Notes: a model not told the origin generated them from the sequence alone. A DNA stretch of 64,000 bases from Alphaproteobacteria bacterium (GCA_963665325.3 CAXXWS020000004.1:256001-320000); one strand, 5' to 3'. Positions 19,590 through 31,787 are shown, counted from the first letter of the stretch. A program made the numbers and translations.

Positions 19590-20879
19590 ATGTCGCGAAT
19601 AGCAATAACCGATGCGCAAGTGTGGGACGGCGAGGCCGACGGACCGGTTCCTGCAACCGTTGTGGTGGAGGGCAACCGCATTGCTGCGGTGGCGCCCGCA
19701 GGCGAAGCGGTCGGCGATCTACCGGACGAGCGGATCGACGGCGCCGGCATGACCCTGATGCCCGGCATGGTCGAAGGCCACTGCCACCCGAGCTTCACCG
19801 GCATCATGGCCCCGCCGGACCTGGGCCGGATAGGCCCCGAACGGCACATGCTGCTGACGGCCCAGAACCTCCGCCTGTTGCTGGAGCACGGCTTCACCTC
19901 GATCTTCGAGGCGGCTTCCGCCAAGCCGATGCTCGGCGTCAATGCGCGCGACGCCATCGAGGAAGGGATGCTGGCGGGCCCCCGCATGCGCGCCGGCTCG
20001 CCCGAGATCACCACCACGGCCGGGCTCGGCGACGAGCGCCAGCGCCACATCCACCAGGAGAGCTTCGGGCTTGTCGCCGACGGGCCGGAAGAGATGCGCA
20101 AGGTGGCGCGCGAATGCGTCCGCGATGGCGTGGACCAGCTCAAAATCAACCTCTCCGGCGACGATTTCGTTGAGTTCGCCAAGGGCGAAGTGACGCCGAC
20201 CAACGATGACGAAGTGGCCGCGCTCGTCGGGGTCGCGCGCGATTTCGGCAAGATGGTGGCCTGCCACGCCCGCTCGTCCAAGAGCGTGATGATGGCGGTC
20301 AGGCACGGTATCGAGTGCATCTACCACTGCGACTATGCGAACGAGGAGGCGCTCGACGCGCTGGAGAGCGTCAAGGACACGGCCTTTGTCGGCCCGGCTT
20401 TCGGTCTCGTCCACAACTCCACCCGGGAGGGCGAAAAATACGGGCTGGACCGCCAGACCGCCGAATCCATCGGCCTCTTCCGGATGTTCGACCTCACCTG
20501 CGAGACCTATCACGAGATCCGCAAGCGCGGCATCCGGGTCGTGGTCGGCGGCGACTACGGCTTCGCCATGACACCGATGGGCCAGAACGCGCGGGATATC
20601 GAACATTTCGTGCGCTATTTCGGCTACTCGCCGGTCGAGGCGCTCAAATGCGCCACGGTCGTCGGCGCGGAGCTGATGGGCATGGCGGGCGAAACCGGCA
20701 AGGTGAAGCAAGGCTATCTGGCCGACCTGCTGCTGGTCCGCGGCGACCCGACGAAAGACGTCTCTCTGGTCCAGCATCGCGACAATCTCGCCATGATCAT
20801 GAAGGACGGCGCGCTCTACAAGGACCCGCGCCTCGGCACCGCGCCCATGGACGACTATCTGGTCCAGGCCGCCGAATAG
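19590..20879 (+). CDS. Metal-dependent amidohydrolase (Xaa-Pro dipeptidase-like subgroup)
   Basis: GGAGG RBS; MPGMVEGHCH, HARS, IYHC, GGDYG, GYLADLLLVRGDP. Confidence 0.87.
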   Translation: MSRIAITDAQVWDGEADGPVPATVVVEGNRIAAVAPAGEAVGDLPDERIDGAGMTLMPGMVEGHCHPSFTGIMAPPDLGRIGPERHMLLTAQNLRLLLEHGFTSIFEAASAKPMLGVNARDAIEEGMLAGPRMRAGSPEITTTAGLGDERQRHIHQESFGLVADGPEEMRKVARECVRDGVDQLKINLSGDDFVEFAKGEVTPTNDDEVAALVGVARDFGKMVACHARSSKSVMMAVRHGIECIYHCDYANEEALDALESVKDTAFVGPAFGLVHNSTREGEKYGLDRQTAESIGLFRMFDLTCETYHEIRKRGIRVVVGGDYGFAMTPMGQNARDIEHFVRYFGYSPVEALKCATVVGAELMGMAGETGKVKQGYLADLLLVRGDPTKDVSLVQHRDNLAMIMKDGALYKDPRLGTAPMDDYLVQAAE

Positions 20880-20891
20880 GGAGGAACCGCC

Positions 20892-21764
20892 ATGGCGTCG
20901 ATTACCCCGCTCAATGCCGCGTTCGGCGCGGAAATTCGCGGCGTCGATCTGGGCGCCGGAGCCGACGATGCGCTCATGCGCTGGCTCACCGGCGCGCTCT
21001 ACGAGCACCGCGTCATCGTCATCCGCGACCAGTCGCTCGACAAGGAGAGCTATCTCGGCTTCGGGCGGCAATGGGGCAAGCCCATCCCCCATGTGCTCGA
21101 CCACATGCGCATGCCCGGATATCCCGAGCTGCTGACGGTGGGCAACACCGAGAAGCGCGACGAGGACCCGAAGATCCGCAACGGCGCCGCGCTCTGGCAC
21201 ACCGACCAGTCTTACGAGAAGACGCCGGCGAGCGCGACCATGCTCTACTCGCTGATCGCGCCCGAGCAAGGCGGCGAGACGCAGTTCTGCGACATGGCCG
21301 CCGCTTACGACAATCTGGGCGAAGCGGTGAAGCGGCGGATCGACGGCATCCGGGTCGCGCACAAATACGGGCGCGGCAAGCGGCGCGCGGACGAACCGCC
21401 GGCGAACCCGATCGTCAATGACGACCAGGACCAGCGCGTGCCGCCTGTCTATCACCCGCTGGTCATGCCCCACCCGGTGACGGGCCGCAGGGCTCTCTAT
21501 GCCTTGGGCCACGGCGCCTACGCCATCGAGGGCATGGACGACAGCGAGGCGGAGGCGCTGCTCGACGGGTTGAAGGACCACGCGCTGGAGGAGCGGCATA
21601 TCTACCGCCACAAATATTCCGTCGGCGATCTGGTGGTGTGGGACACGCTGCAGACCATGCACGCCGCCACGCCCATCGGCGTCGCGACCGCGAAGGAGGA
21701 TTCGCGCCTCCTCTGGCGCATCAGCGTGCGCGGCCGCCCCGCGATCCACGCAGCGGCGGCCTGA
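20892..21764 (+). CDS. TauD/TfdA Fe(II)/2-oxoglutarate dioxygenase
   Basis: GAEIRGVDL, WHTDQSY, GGETQFCD, HPVTGRRALY, WD..TMH. Confidence 0.9.
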   Translation: MASITPLNAAFGAEIRGVDLGAGADDALMRWLTGALYEHRVIVIRDQSLDKESYLGFGRQWGKPIPHVLDHMRMPGYPELLTVGNTEKRDEDPKIRNGAALWHTDQSYEKTPASATMLYSLIAPEQGGETQFCDMAAAYDNLGEAVKRRIDGIRVAHKYGRGKRRADEPPANPIVNDDQDQRVPPVYHPLVMPHPVTGRRALYALGHGAYAIEGMDDSEAEALLDGLKDHALEERHIYRHKYSVGDLVVWDTLQTMHAATPIGVATAKEDSRLLWRISVRGRPAIHAAAA

Positions 21765-21769
21765 GCGCC

Positions 21770-22189
21770 GTGGCCGACGCGACGCTCGAAGGCGGCTGCC
21801 TCTGCGGGGCGGTGCGTTACCGGATCGACGCCCCACCGCTCTGGACCGGCTATTGCCACTGCACAAGCTGCCGGCGCAGCACCGGCGCGCCGGTCACCAT
21901 GTTCATCGGCGCGCGCGCAGACTCCGTGACCTTCACGAAAGGCGAGCGGACCGCGTTCGCCTCCTCGCCCGGCGTCGAGCGCGGCTTCTGCGCCGCCTGC
22001 GGCACCCCGCTCACCTACGAGTCGGACCGTTTCCCGGGCGAGACCCACTTCTACATCAGCACCCTCGACGACCCGCAGTCGCTGCCGCCCACCTTCCACG
22101 TCTTCTACGAGGAGCGGCTGCGCTGGCTCGAAATCGCCGACGACCTGCCCCGCCATCCGACGGTGACGGGACGGGTGGACGGGGAGTAG
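21770..22189 (+). CDS. GFA (CENP-V) family Zn protein
   Basis: GGCLCGAVRY, CHCTSCRR, RGFCAACGTPL. Confidence 0.9.
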   Translation: MADATLEGGCLCGAVRYRIDAPPLWTGYCHCTSCRRSTGAPVTMFIGARADSVTFTKGERTAFASSPGVERGFCAACGTPLTYESDRFPGETHFYISTLDDPQSLPPTFHVFYEERLRWLEIADDLPRHPTVTGRVDGE

Positions 22190-22394
22190 CCGGAGCGGGC
22201 GCGTGAATGGCCAGCCCTGAATTCATGTCGGAAGCCACCTTTTCCGAAACCCGGATGGGCCGTCGGAACACCGTTGCCCCATCGCTTTTCCTTGCCCCAA
22301 TCGCGGTCGAGTGATAGGCGTGAAAGATCGTTCTGCCGCACTCCCCGCGAGGTTGCCGGCGGTTCGACCGGACGGATTTCACGGGAGAGAGAAC

Positions 22395-23231
22395 ATGAAA
22401 AAGCTGCTTCTCGCCGCGGCAGGGGTCGCCTTTGCGCTCGGCTCGACTTCCGCCATTGCGGCGCAGTGCGAGAACGAGGTGTGGAACCGGGTCATGGAGC
22501 GCGGCAAGGTCGTGGTTGGCGTCAAGGCCGACTACAAGCCATGGGGCTACCGCGATTCTGACGGCACGATCGTCGGCATGGAAGCCGACATGGCGCAGGA
22601 CGTGGCCGACGCCATGGGCGTGGAGCTGGAGCTGGTCGCGGTGCAATCGTCAAACCGCATGCAGTTCCTGCAGCAGGGCAAGATCGACATGATGATCGCC
22701 ACGATGTCGGACCGCGTGGACCGGCGCAAGATCGTGGGCATTACCCAGCCCAACTACTACACCTCGGGCACCAACATCATGTCGCCGAAGGCGCTCAAGA
22801 TCGCCCAATGGTCCGAACTGGAGGGCAAGCCCGTTTGCGGCAAGCAGGGTGCCTTCTATAACAAGATCGTCTCCAAGCGCTATGGCGCCGAGATCATCGC
22901 CTTCACCGGCAATGCCGAAGCCAAGCAGGCGCTGCGCGACCGCAAGTGCATCGCCTGGGTCTATGACGATTCGTCGATCATGTCCGACCTGTCGTCCGGC
23001 CAGTACGACGACTTCGAGATGCCGCTGAACAGCGAGGACGACAACCCCTGGGGCCTGGCCGTGCCGCTCGAAGAGAGGAGTTGCGTCTTCGGCAACTTCA
23101 TGTCCGGCATGACGTTCAACTGGCACCAGTCCGGCCGATTGATCGAGCTGGAAAAGAAGTGGGGCATCCAGGCGACCCAGTATCTGGTCGACAAGCACGA
23201 GCAGTACGGCGACTGGCTCGCGGGCAAGTAG
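22395..23231 (+). CDS. Polar amino acid ABC transporter substrate-binding protein
   Basis: Signal peptide; VGVKADYKPWG, SSNRMQFLQQGKIDMMIATM. Confidence 0.9.
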   Translation: MKKLLLAAAGVAFALGSTSAIAAQCENEVWNRVMERGKVVVGVKADYKPWGYRDSDGTIVGMEADMAQDVADAMGVELELVAVQSSNRMQFLQQGKIDMMIATMSDRVDRRKIVGITQPNYYTSGTNIMSPKALKIAQWSELEGKPVCGKQGAFYNKIVSKRYGAEIIAFTGNAEAKQALRDRKCIAWVYDDSSIMSDLSSGQYDDFEMPLNSEDDNPWGLAVPLEERSCVFGNFMSGMTFNWHQSGRLIELEKKWGIQATQYLVDKHEQYGDWLAGK

Positions 23232-23350
23232 CCCGCGGGCTCACGGAGTCCCGGCCGGCCATTCCGGGGGCTTGTCCCGGCGGCGGGCGTCCGGCGTGTC
23301 GGCGCCGGACGCCTCTCTGGCCGCGCGCCGGGTGAGCGGGGCCGCATTCC

Positions 23351-24106
23351 ATGTGGGACTCGATTCAGAAATACTTCCTCGATCTCGCTGAGCGGGACCC
23401 GACCTGGAATTTCATCTACATCTACGATGACAAGGAGCTGGAGCGCGTCCTCGACGGCATTTGGGTGACGCTCGAACTCGCGGTCGTCTGCGTCCTGTTC
23501 AGTGTCGCCATCGGCATCGTCGGGGCCTGGTTGCAGGGCGCCCGCTCACGGCTCGTGCAGATCGTCGTCCAGGGCTATATCCAGTTCTTCCGCAATACGC
23601 CGCCGCTGGTCCAACTGCTGTTCTTCTATTTTGCGCTCGGCCAGTTCACGCCGACCTTTTCGCCTGACGGCTATCTCCAGCAGCCGATCATCTCCAATGT
23701 CGGCTGGGCGATCATCTCGCTGTCCTTCTTCGCCGGCGCCTTCAACATCGAGATTTTCCGCGCCGGTATCGAGGCGGTGCCGCAATCAACCCAGGAGGCC
23801 GCCGAGTCGCTCGGGATGAACCGGTTCCAGGCCTATGTCTACATCGTCCTGCCACTCGCCTTCCGGGTCAGCCTGCCGTCGCTGAACAACAATCTGGTCA
23901 ATCTGGTCAAGACCACGACGCAGGCGCTGGCCATCGCCGTGCCGGAGCTGCTCTACCAGCTTGTCAGCATCTACAACGACTACTCCACGTCCCAGAACGC
24001 CTGCATGGTGCTGATGTTCGTCGTCTATATCACGCTGGTCGGCGTGCTGGTTCTCGGCATGAACCGCTGGGAGCGCCGGATGCAGATCCCGGGTTACGGC
24101 GGATGA
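23351..24106 (+). CDS. Amino acid ABC transporter permease
   Basis: FRNTPPLVQL, EIFRAGIEAVP..EAAESLGM. Confidence 0.92.
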   Translation: MWDSIQKYFLDLAERDPTWNFIYIYDDKELERVLDGIWVTLELAVVCVLFSVAIGIVGAWLQGARSRLVQIVVQGYIQFFRNTPPLVQLLFFYFALGQFTPTFSPDGYLQQPIISNVGWAIISLSFFAGAFNIEIFRAGIEAVPQSTQEAAESLGMNRFQAYVYIVLPLAFRVSLPSLNNNLVNLVKTTTQALAIAVPELLYQLVSIYNDYSTSQNACMVLMFVVYITLVGVLVLGMNRWERRMQIPGYGG

Positions 24107-25014
24107 TACGCCAGCGGGCAATCCCCGGTGTCGATGCGCCGGCGGCCGGCGGCTTCGCCGTGCTCATGCCGGCCAGGGCCCGGGCAGCGGGCGAGGCCGA
24201 CGACCTGCTGTTCAGCCGCTGGCTGGCGCGCTCCGGGGGGTGGATAACGCTCGGCGCGGTCGCGCTTCTGGCGGCCATTGTCACGGTCTGGCCGATGGCG
24301 GCTTCCGCGCAGGGAAAATACAGCTTCGGCGATGCCTTCGACGCGCTGATCCGCTGGCTGCCATTTCTTGTCTCCAGCGGCTTCCTGCTCAACGTGCTGA
24401 TCTCGATTACCACCATGGCGGTCGGCACCGTCCTGGGGGTGCTACTGGGCCTGGGCCAGATTTCGACCAGCCGGGCGATCCGCCGCCTGTGCTGGTTCCT
24501 CACCCAGACCTTCCGCAATTCGCCCTGGCTGGTCCTGCTGTTCATCGTGATGCTGACCTTCCCCTTCGAGATCGTGCTCGGCGGTTTCGTCGTGAAGATT
24601 CCGGACTGGCTGAAGGCCGTGTTCGGCCTGTCGCTGCCGGTCATGGCCAACATTTCGGAGGTTGTGCGCGGAGCGGTGCAGTCGGTGCCGACAGGACAGT
24701 GGGAAGCCGCAGAATCCCTGGCCTATTCACGCCGGCAAACCTTGTGGCGGATCATCCTGCCGCAATGCTTCAAGCGCATGATCCCGCCCTGGATGAACTG
24801 GTATGCCATCCTGACCATGGCGACGCCGCTGGTCTCCCTGCTCGGCGTGGAGGAACTGATCACCCTGTCCCGCCAGGCGATGGAGTCTGAGAACAATCAT
24901 CCCGAGCTGCTGATCCCGTTCTACGGGTTCGCGTTGGTGATCTTCTTCGCCTATTGCTACCCCATCGCCCGCTTGACCCTGCGGCTGGAGCGCCGGTTTG
25001 CCGTCAAGCTCTAG
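24103..25014 (+). CDS. Amino acid ABC transporter permease
   Basis: FRNSPWLVLL, EVVRGAVQSVPTGQWEAAESL. Confidence 0.9.
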   Translation: MIRQRAIPGVDAPAAGGFAVLMPARARAAGEADDLLFSRWLARSGGWITLGAVALLAAIVTVWPMAASAQGKYSFGDAFDALIRWLPFLVSSGFLLNVLISITTMAVGTVLGVLLGLGQISTSRAIRRLCWFLTQTFRNSPWLVLLFIVMLTFPFEIVLGGFVVKIPDWLKAVFGLSLPVMANISEVVRGAVQSVPTGQWEAAESLAYSRRQTLWRIILPQCFKRMIPPWMNWYAILTMATPLVSLLGVEELITLSRQAMESENNHPELLIPFYGFALVIFFAYCYPIARLTLRLERRFAVKL

Positions 25015-25030
25015 CCCGGAGGACCGAGGC

Positions 25031-25795
25031 ATGACCGACGCCATCGACGGAGACTGGACGCCCGACCGGCCGATCGTTTCTCTGATGGACGTGCGCAAGT
25101 CCTTCGGCGATCTTGAGGTCCTGAAAGGCATCTCGTTCGATGTGATGAAGGGCGAAGTCATCTGCATCATCGGGCCGTCCGGCTCCGGCAAGTCCACACT
25201 CATCCGCTGCATCAACGCGCTGAATCCAATCGACTCCGGTTCGATCACCGTAGAGGGGCAGGAGGTCAACGATCCCAGGCTCGACAAGCTGGAGCTGCGC
25301 AAGAAGGTCGGCATGGTGTTCCAACAGTACAACCTGTTTCCGCACAAGACGGCGCTGGAGAATGTCATGATGGCGCCCGTCCTGGTGCTGAAGGAAGACA
25401 AGGCGAGCGTCGAACGGCGGGCCCGGGCGCTGGTGCGCAAGGTGCGCCTGGAGGGCAAGGAGGACAGCTTCCCCGGCGAGCTGTCCGGCGGTCAGCAGCA
25501 GCGCGTTGCAATCGCCCGGTCGCTCGCCATGCAGCCGGACATCATGCTGTTCGACGAAGTCACCGCCGCGCTCGACCCGGAGACGGTCAAGGAAGTGCTG
25601 GTCACGATCCGCGAGCTGGCCGAAGAGGGCATGACCTGCATGCTGGTGACCCACGAGATGGGCTTCGCCCGCGAGATCGCCGACCACATCTATTTCACGG
25701 ACCGGGGCGTAATCGTCGAACACGGCCCTCCGGCCACATTCTTCGACGAAGCGCAGGACCCACGCACCCAGGAATTCCTCAGCCAGATCCTGTAG
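25031..25795 (+). CDS. Amino acid ABC transporter ATP-binding protein
   Basis: GPSGSGKST, LSGGQQQRV, FDEVTAALD, VTHEMGFA. Confidence 0.94.
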   Translation: MTDAIDGDWTPDRPIVSLMDVRKSFGDLEVLKGISFDVMKGEVICIIGPSGSGKSTLIRCINALNPIDSGSITVEGQEVNDPRLDKLELRKKVGMVFQQYNLFPHKTALENVMMAPVLVLKEDKASVERRARALVRKVRLEGKEDSFPGELSGGQQQRVAIARSLAMQPDIMLFDEVTAALDPETVKEVLVTIRELAEEGMTCMLVTHEMGFAREIADHIYFTDRGVIVEHGPPATFFDEAQDPRTQEFLSQIL

Positions 25796-25869
25796 CCGCG
25801 CAACGGGCCCGCCCAAGCGGAACCCGGTCGTATCGGGTCACGGCCGGGACCCTGCCCAACCTGCCGCCC

Positions 25870-26991
25870 TCACCCCAGCAAACCCCGCCCGGCGAGGTTC
25901 GCCATGAGCGCGCGGGCGCCGAAGGTCCAGCGGGGGGCTTCCTCGCAGGTGGTGACGCGGTTTGTGAGCGTGCCGAGGCGCGGGCTTGAGATCGAGACGA
26001 GGTCGCCTGTCTTGTGGGTGAAGCCCTGGCCGGGCGCGTCGCGGTCCTGGATCGGGGCGAACAGGGTGCCGGTGAAGAGCACCAGCCCGTCGGGATAGTC
26101 ATGCGCGGCGCCGATGGTCTGCGCCGCCAGATCCTCGATGTCGCGGCTGATCGCGGCCATCGAGCTGGCGCCCTCCAGCACAAACCCGTCCTCGCCCGCC
26201 ACATGCAGCGCGATCTCCGCACTTCGCATGTCGCCCAGGCCGAACTCCGCGTCCACGAGGCGGATGAAGGGGCCAAGCGCGGTCGAGGCGTTGTTGTCCT
26301 TGGCCTTACCCAGCAGCAGGGCGCTCCGCCCCTCGATATCGCGGAGGTTGACGTCATTGCCGAGCGTGGCGCCCACGATCCGCCCCGAGGGCGCGATGAC
26401 GAGCACCAGCTCCGGCTCGGGATTGTTCCAGACCGAGTCGGAGCGCACGCCGATCTCCATGCCGGCACCGACGGCGGACATGGGCTGCGCCTTGGTGAAC
26501 ACCTCCGCGTCCGGCCCGATGCCGACCTCCAGATAGGCCGACCAGAGCCCGCGCTCCGCCAGCGCCTGCTTGAGCCGCGCCGCCTCCGCCGAGCCGGGCG
26601 CGATGCTGGCGAGGTCCGCGCCGATCTCCTTCGCCAGCACACCCCGGATGCCTTCGGCGGCGGCAGGGTCGCCGCGCGCCTGTTCCTCGATCACGCGCTC
26701 CAACATGCTGGCTGCGAAGGTGACGCCGCAGGCCTTGACCGCCTGCAGATCGACCGGCGCCAGCAGCGAGTCCCGCCCATCCAACGGCCCCAGATCCTCG
26801 CCCGGAGCCGCGCGGAGCGCCGCCGCCGGATCGGTGGCCGCCAAGAGGTCCGTCATCGTCGGGAAGGCGCCGGTCACATCGAACAGCCGGCCCTCGCGGA
26901 GCGCGATGACGGACGGCCCCCCGGCATCGTCCCTCCAGACCCGCCCGGCAAGCGCGGCGCAGTCTGCGTCTTCAGGCGGGCGGATGCTCAT
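25870..26991 (-). CDS. Fumarylacetoacetate hydrolase family protein (XylX-like 2-keto-3-deoxy-sugar-acid dehydratase)
   Basis: LQAVKACGVTF, YLEVGIGPDAEVFTKAQP, WNNPEPE, LGNDVNLRDIEGRSALLL. Confidence 0.82.
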   Translation of the reverse strand: MSIRPPEDADCAALAGRVWRDDAGGPSVIALREGRLFDVTGAFPTMTDLLAATDPAAALRAAPGEDLGPLDGRDSLLAPVDLQAVKACGVTFAASMLERVIEEQARGDPAAAEGIRGVLAKEIGADLASIAPGSAEAARLKQALAERGLWSAYLEVGIGPDAEVFTKAQPMSAVGAGMEIGVRSDSVWNNPEPELVLVIAPSGRIVGATLGNDVNLRDIEGRSALLLGKAKDNNASTALGPFIRLVDAEFGLGDMRSAEIALHVAGEDGFVLEGASSMAAISRDIEDLAAQTIGAAHDYPDGLVLFTGTLFAPIQDRDAPGQGFTHKTGDLVSISSPRLGTLTNRVTTCEEAPRWTFGARALMANLAGRGLLG

Positions 26992-27042
26992 TCCGGCTCC
27001 TCCGGCAGCGTTCGCGGCCATCATAGCGCGCGGATGGCAGCG

Positions 27043-27282
27043 TCAATTCTTGCCCGAAAATGTGGCTCGGACTTCGTCCGCCCCCATGCCGCCGAAATCG
27101 TCGGGAACCGATATTTCGCCTGCCATGAACCCGATCCGGGAACGCGGTTCCGGCGCGTCGAGCGCGACCACCTTGACGAGTGGTTTGCCTGCGCGGGCGA
27201 TGACGAACGGCTCGCCTTCGGCGGCGGCCCGGACGAGGTGCGAGAGATGGGTCCTGGCTTCGCCGATATTGACGACGCGCAT
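27043..27282 (-). CDS. Phd/YefM-type antitoxin (no cognate toxin adjacent)
   Basis: AAGGAGG RBS; MRVVNIGEARTHLSHLV..GEPFVIARAGKPLVKVV..RIGFMAGEISVPDDF. Confidence 0.85.
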   Translation of the reverse strand: MRVVNIGEARTHLSHLVRAAAEGEPFVIARAGKPLVKVVALDAPEPRSRIGFMAGEISVPDDFGGMGADEVRATFSGKN

Positions 27283-27417
27283 GGGCCGCCTCCTTACCGT
27301 CAGGAGTGTTCTACTTGGCGGAACAGGAACCTTCGCGCAAGCCTGCAACCGCCCTACCCTCCGCTGCCAGCCGAGGCTAAACTTGCCGGTGTTGCGAATC
27401 GTCGAGGAGGTTGTGCC

Positions 27418-28275
27418 ATGCCGTTCGAAGCCGTTCCGCTGTCCGGGTCCCTCGGTGCGGAGATTCGGGGTGTCGATCTCGGCAGCCTCGACGACGCCGG
27501 TTTCGCGGCGGTGCATGCCGCGCTGCTGGAATACGGGGTGGTCGCCTTCCGGGGCCAGGAACTCGATCCCGACGCCTATCTCGCCTTTGCGAAGCGCTGG
27601 GGCGACATCCACCTGCATCCCCACCTGAAGGGGCTCGACGACCGGCCGGAGATCATCGAGATCGTGCGCGAGGCGGACGACCCGACGGGCTTCGCCGACC
27701 ACTGGCACACGGACCAGAGCTTCACGAAGACGCCCGCCATGGCGACCCTGCTCTATGCGAAGGAAGTACCGGCGGCCGGCGGCGACACGCTGTTCGCCAA
27801 TCTTTACGCCTCCTATGACGCGCTCTCCGGCGGCATGAAGGCGACGGCAGCCCGCCTGCGCACGCACAATCTCTACAACAAGCAGGCGCCGCGTTCGGAA
27901 AAGATGCAGATGCGCGTGACCGAGAAGGACAAGCCCGCCGAGCCGGCATACCACCCGCTTGTGCGCGTCCATCCCGAGACCGGGCGCCCGGCGCTCTATC
28001 TGAGCGATTCCCGCAGCACGAGGCGCTTCGAAGGCATGACCGAGGAGGAGAGCCTGCCGCTGCTCGACTGGCTGATGAGCCATGCGACGAGGCCGGAATT
28101 CACCTGCCGGTTGCGCTGGGAAAAGGGCACGCTCGCCATCTGGGACAATCGCCGCCTGATGCACATGGCCGTGAACGACTATTTCGGCCAGCGGCGGGTC
28201 ATGCAGCGCATCACCATCAAGGGCGGACCCACCGTCGGCATCCTCGACGCGGCGGCAGCCCGGCAGGCGGCTTAG
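27418..28275 (+). CDS. TauD/TfdA dioxygenase (second paralogue)
   Basis: GGAGG RBS; LGAEIRGVDL, WHTDQSF, GGDTLFAN, HPETGRPALY, WDNRRLMH. Confidence 0.9.
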   Translation: MPFEAVPLSGSLGAEIRGVDLGSLDDAGFAAVHAALLEYGVVAFRGQELDPDAYLAFAKRWGDIHLHPHLKGLDDRPEIIEIVREADDPTGFADHWHTDQSFTKTPAMATLLYAKEVPAAGGDTLFANLYASYDALSGGMKATAARLRTHNLYNKQAPRSEKMQMRVTEKDKPAEPAYHPLVRVHPETGRPALYLSDSRSTRRFEGMTEEESLPLLDWLMSHATRPEFTCRLRWEKGTLAIWDNRRLMHMAVNDYFGQRRVMQRITIKGGPTVGILDAAAARQAA

Positions 28276-28394
28276 GGCGGGCTCTCGGAGCCGCGAGCCA
28301 CGCGGCGGCTGAGCGGGGCCGGCTTAGGCCGGCGCCCGCAGTACAGGCGTCGCCTCATGGGCAACCGAACCGGCGACTTGTCACCAAATATCTT

Positions 28395-28423
28395 TTGACC
28401 ACTGTCGGCATGCACGGTACACT
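28395..28423 (+). promoter_or_regulatory. sigma70 promoter of higBA
   Basis: TTGACC-N17-TACACT; predicted start site coincides with the GTG at 28430. Confidence 0.65.
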
Positions 28424-28429
28424 CTACAA

Positions 28430-28708
28430 GTGATCGGCACCTTCCGGCATCGCGGCTTGCGAGAGCTCTATGAGCGAGGACATTCGTCAAAGGTGGCGCA
28501 GGGGCATATCGCGAAGCTGTCGCGCATACTGACCGCCCTAGACCGGAGTTCCGGTCCGGAAGGAATGGATATCCCCGGCTTCCGGCTCCATCCTCTCAGG
28601 GGCCGCATGCGTGGACACCATGCGGTGTCCGTCTCCGCCAACTGGCGGGTGACGTTCCGGTTCGAAGATGGCTACGCAGTCGATGTCGACTATCTGGATT
28701 ACCACTAG
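28430..28708 (+). CDS. higB: HigB-type (RelE/ParE superfamily) toxin
   Basis: FRHRGLRELYE..PGFRLHPLRG..SVSANWRVTFRF..VDYLDYH. Confidence 0.9.
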   Translation: MIGTFRHRGLRELYERGHSSKVAQGHIAKLSRILTALDRSSGPEGMDIPGFRLHPLRGRMRGHHAVSVSANWRVTFRFEDGYAVDVDYLDYH

Positions 28709-28719
28709 GAGGCCCTGGC

Positions 28720-29007
28720 ATGGCTATGAAGAACCCCGTGCATCCCGGCGCAATCCTGCGCGAAGACTGCCTGAAGCCGTTGGGCCTTTCGGTTACCGAA
28801 GGCGCGAGGCGGCTTGGCGTCGGGCGCCAGACGCTGTCCAACCTGGTCAACGAAAAGGCGTCCATCTCGATCGAGATGGCCTATCGTCTCTCCAAGGCGT
28901 TCGGCTCAACCCCCGAGACATGGCTCGGCATGCAACTAGCCTTCGACCTCGCACAGTCGCGCCATCTGGAACGCACGATTACGGTCGAGCGAATCGCGGC
29001 CGCATAG
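28720..29007 (+). CDS. higA: HigA antitoxin
   Basis: MKNPVHPGAIL..HTH..MAYRLSKAFGSTPETWLGMQ; AGGAGG RBS. Confidence 0.92.
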   Translation: MAMKNPVHPGAILREDCLKPLGLSVTEGARRLGVGRQTLSNLVNEKASISIEMAYRLSKAFGSTPETWLGMQLAFDLAQSRHLERTITVERIAAA

Positions 29008-29056
29008 AGAGCGGCCGACGGCCGGCGCTCACAAGGTCGCGCCAAACCGGCCGCGA

Positions 29057-29461
29057 TCAGCCCAGTTCGGCCAGTTTCGCCTCGGCTACGGCCGCGCGGC
29101 GCAGGGCGGCGGCGCGGCGGCGCTCGTCGTCCGTGTCGGCCGCATCCTCGCGCGCCTCGCGCAGTTCCCGCTCGACTTCCGCCCGGTCGAGCTCGGCGAG
29201 CGGCACGGCCTCTTCCGCCAGCACGGTGCAGCGCTCGGGCGTGACCTCCGCAAAGCCGCCGGCGACGAAAATTTCCGCCGGCTCTCCCCCGCCGTCATGC
29301 AGCCGGATCGTGCCGGGGCGCACGGTGGAGATCAGCGGCGAATGGCGCGGCAGCACGCCAAAATCGCCGGCGCCGCCCGGCACCACCACCATGTCGGCCT
29401 CTTGCGAGAGCAGCAGGCGCTCGGGCGTGACCAGTTCGAATGCGACCTTGCCGTCCGCCAT
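29057..29461 (-). CDS. atpC: ATP synthase F1 epsilon
   Basis: FELVTPERLL, GDFGVLPRHSP, VAGGFAEV. Confidence 0.95.
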   Translation of the reverse strand: MADGKVAFELVTPERLLLSQEADMVVVPGGAGDFGVLPRHSPLISTVRPGTIRLHDGGGEPAEIFVAGGFAEVTPERCTVLAEEAVPLAELDRAEVERELREAREDAADTDDERRRAAALRRAAVAEAKLAELG

Positions 29462-29463
29462 CG

Positions 29464-31787
<2,324 letters not shown>

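Noticed and set aside
23285-23312. GC hairpin after the ABC substrate-binding gene
   Set aside because: Ordinary stabilising stem-loop typical of ABC operons.
26014-28275. Apparent long N-terminal extensions on the TauD (753 aa) and Phd (373 aa) ORFs
   Set aside because: The extensions are antisense to real genes; good RBS-linked starts exist at 27418 and 27282.
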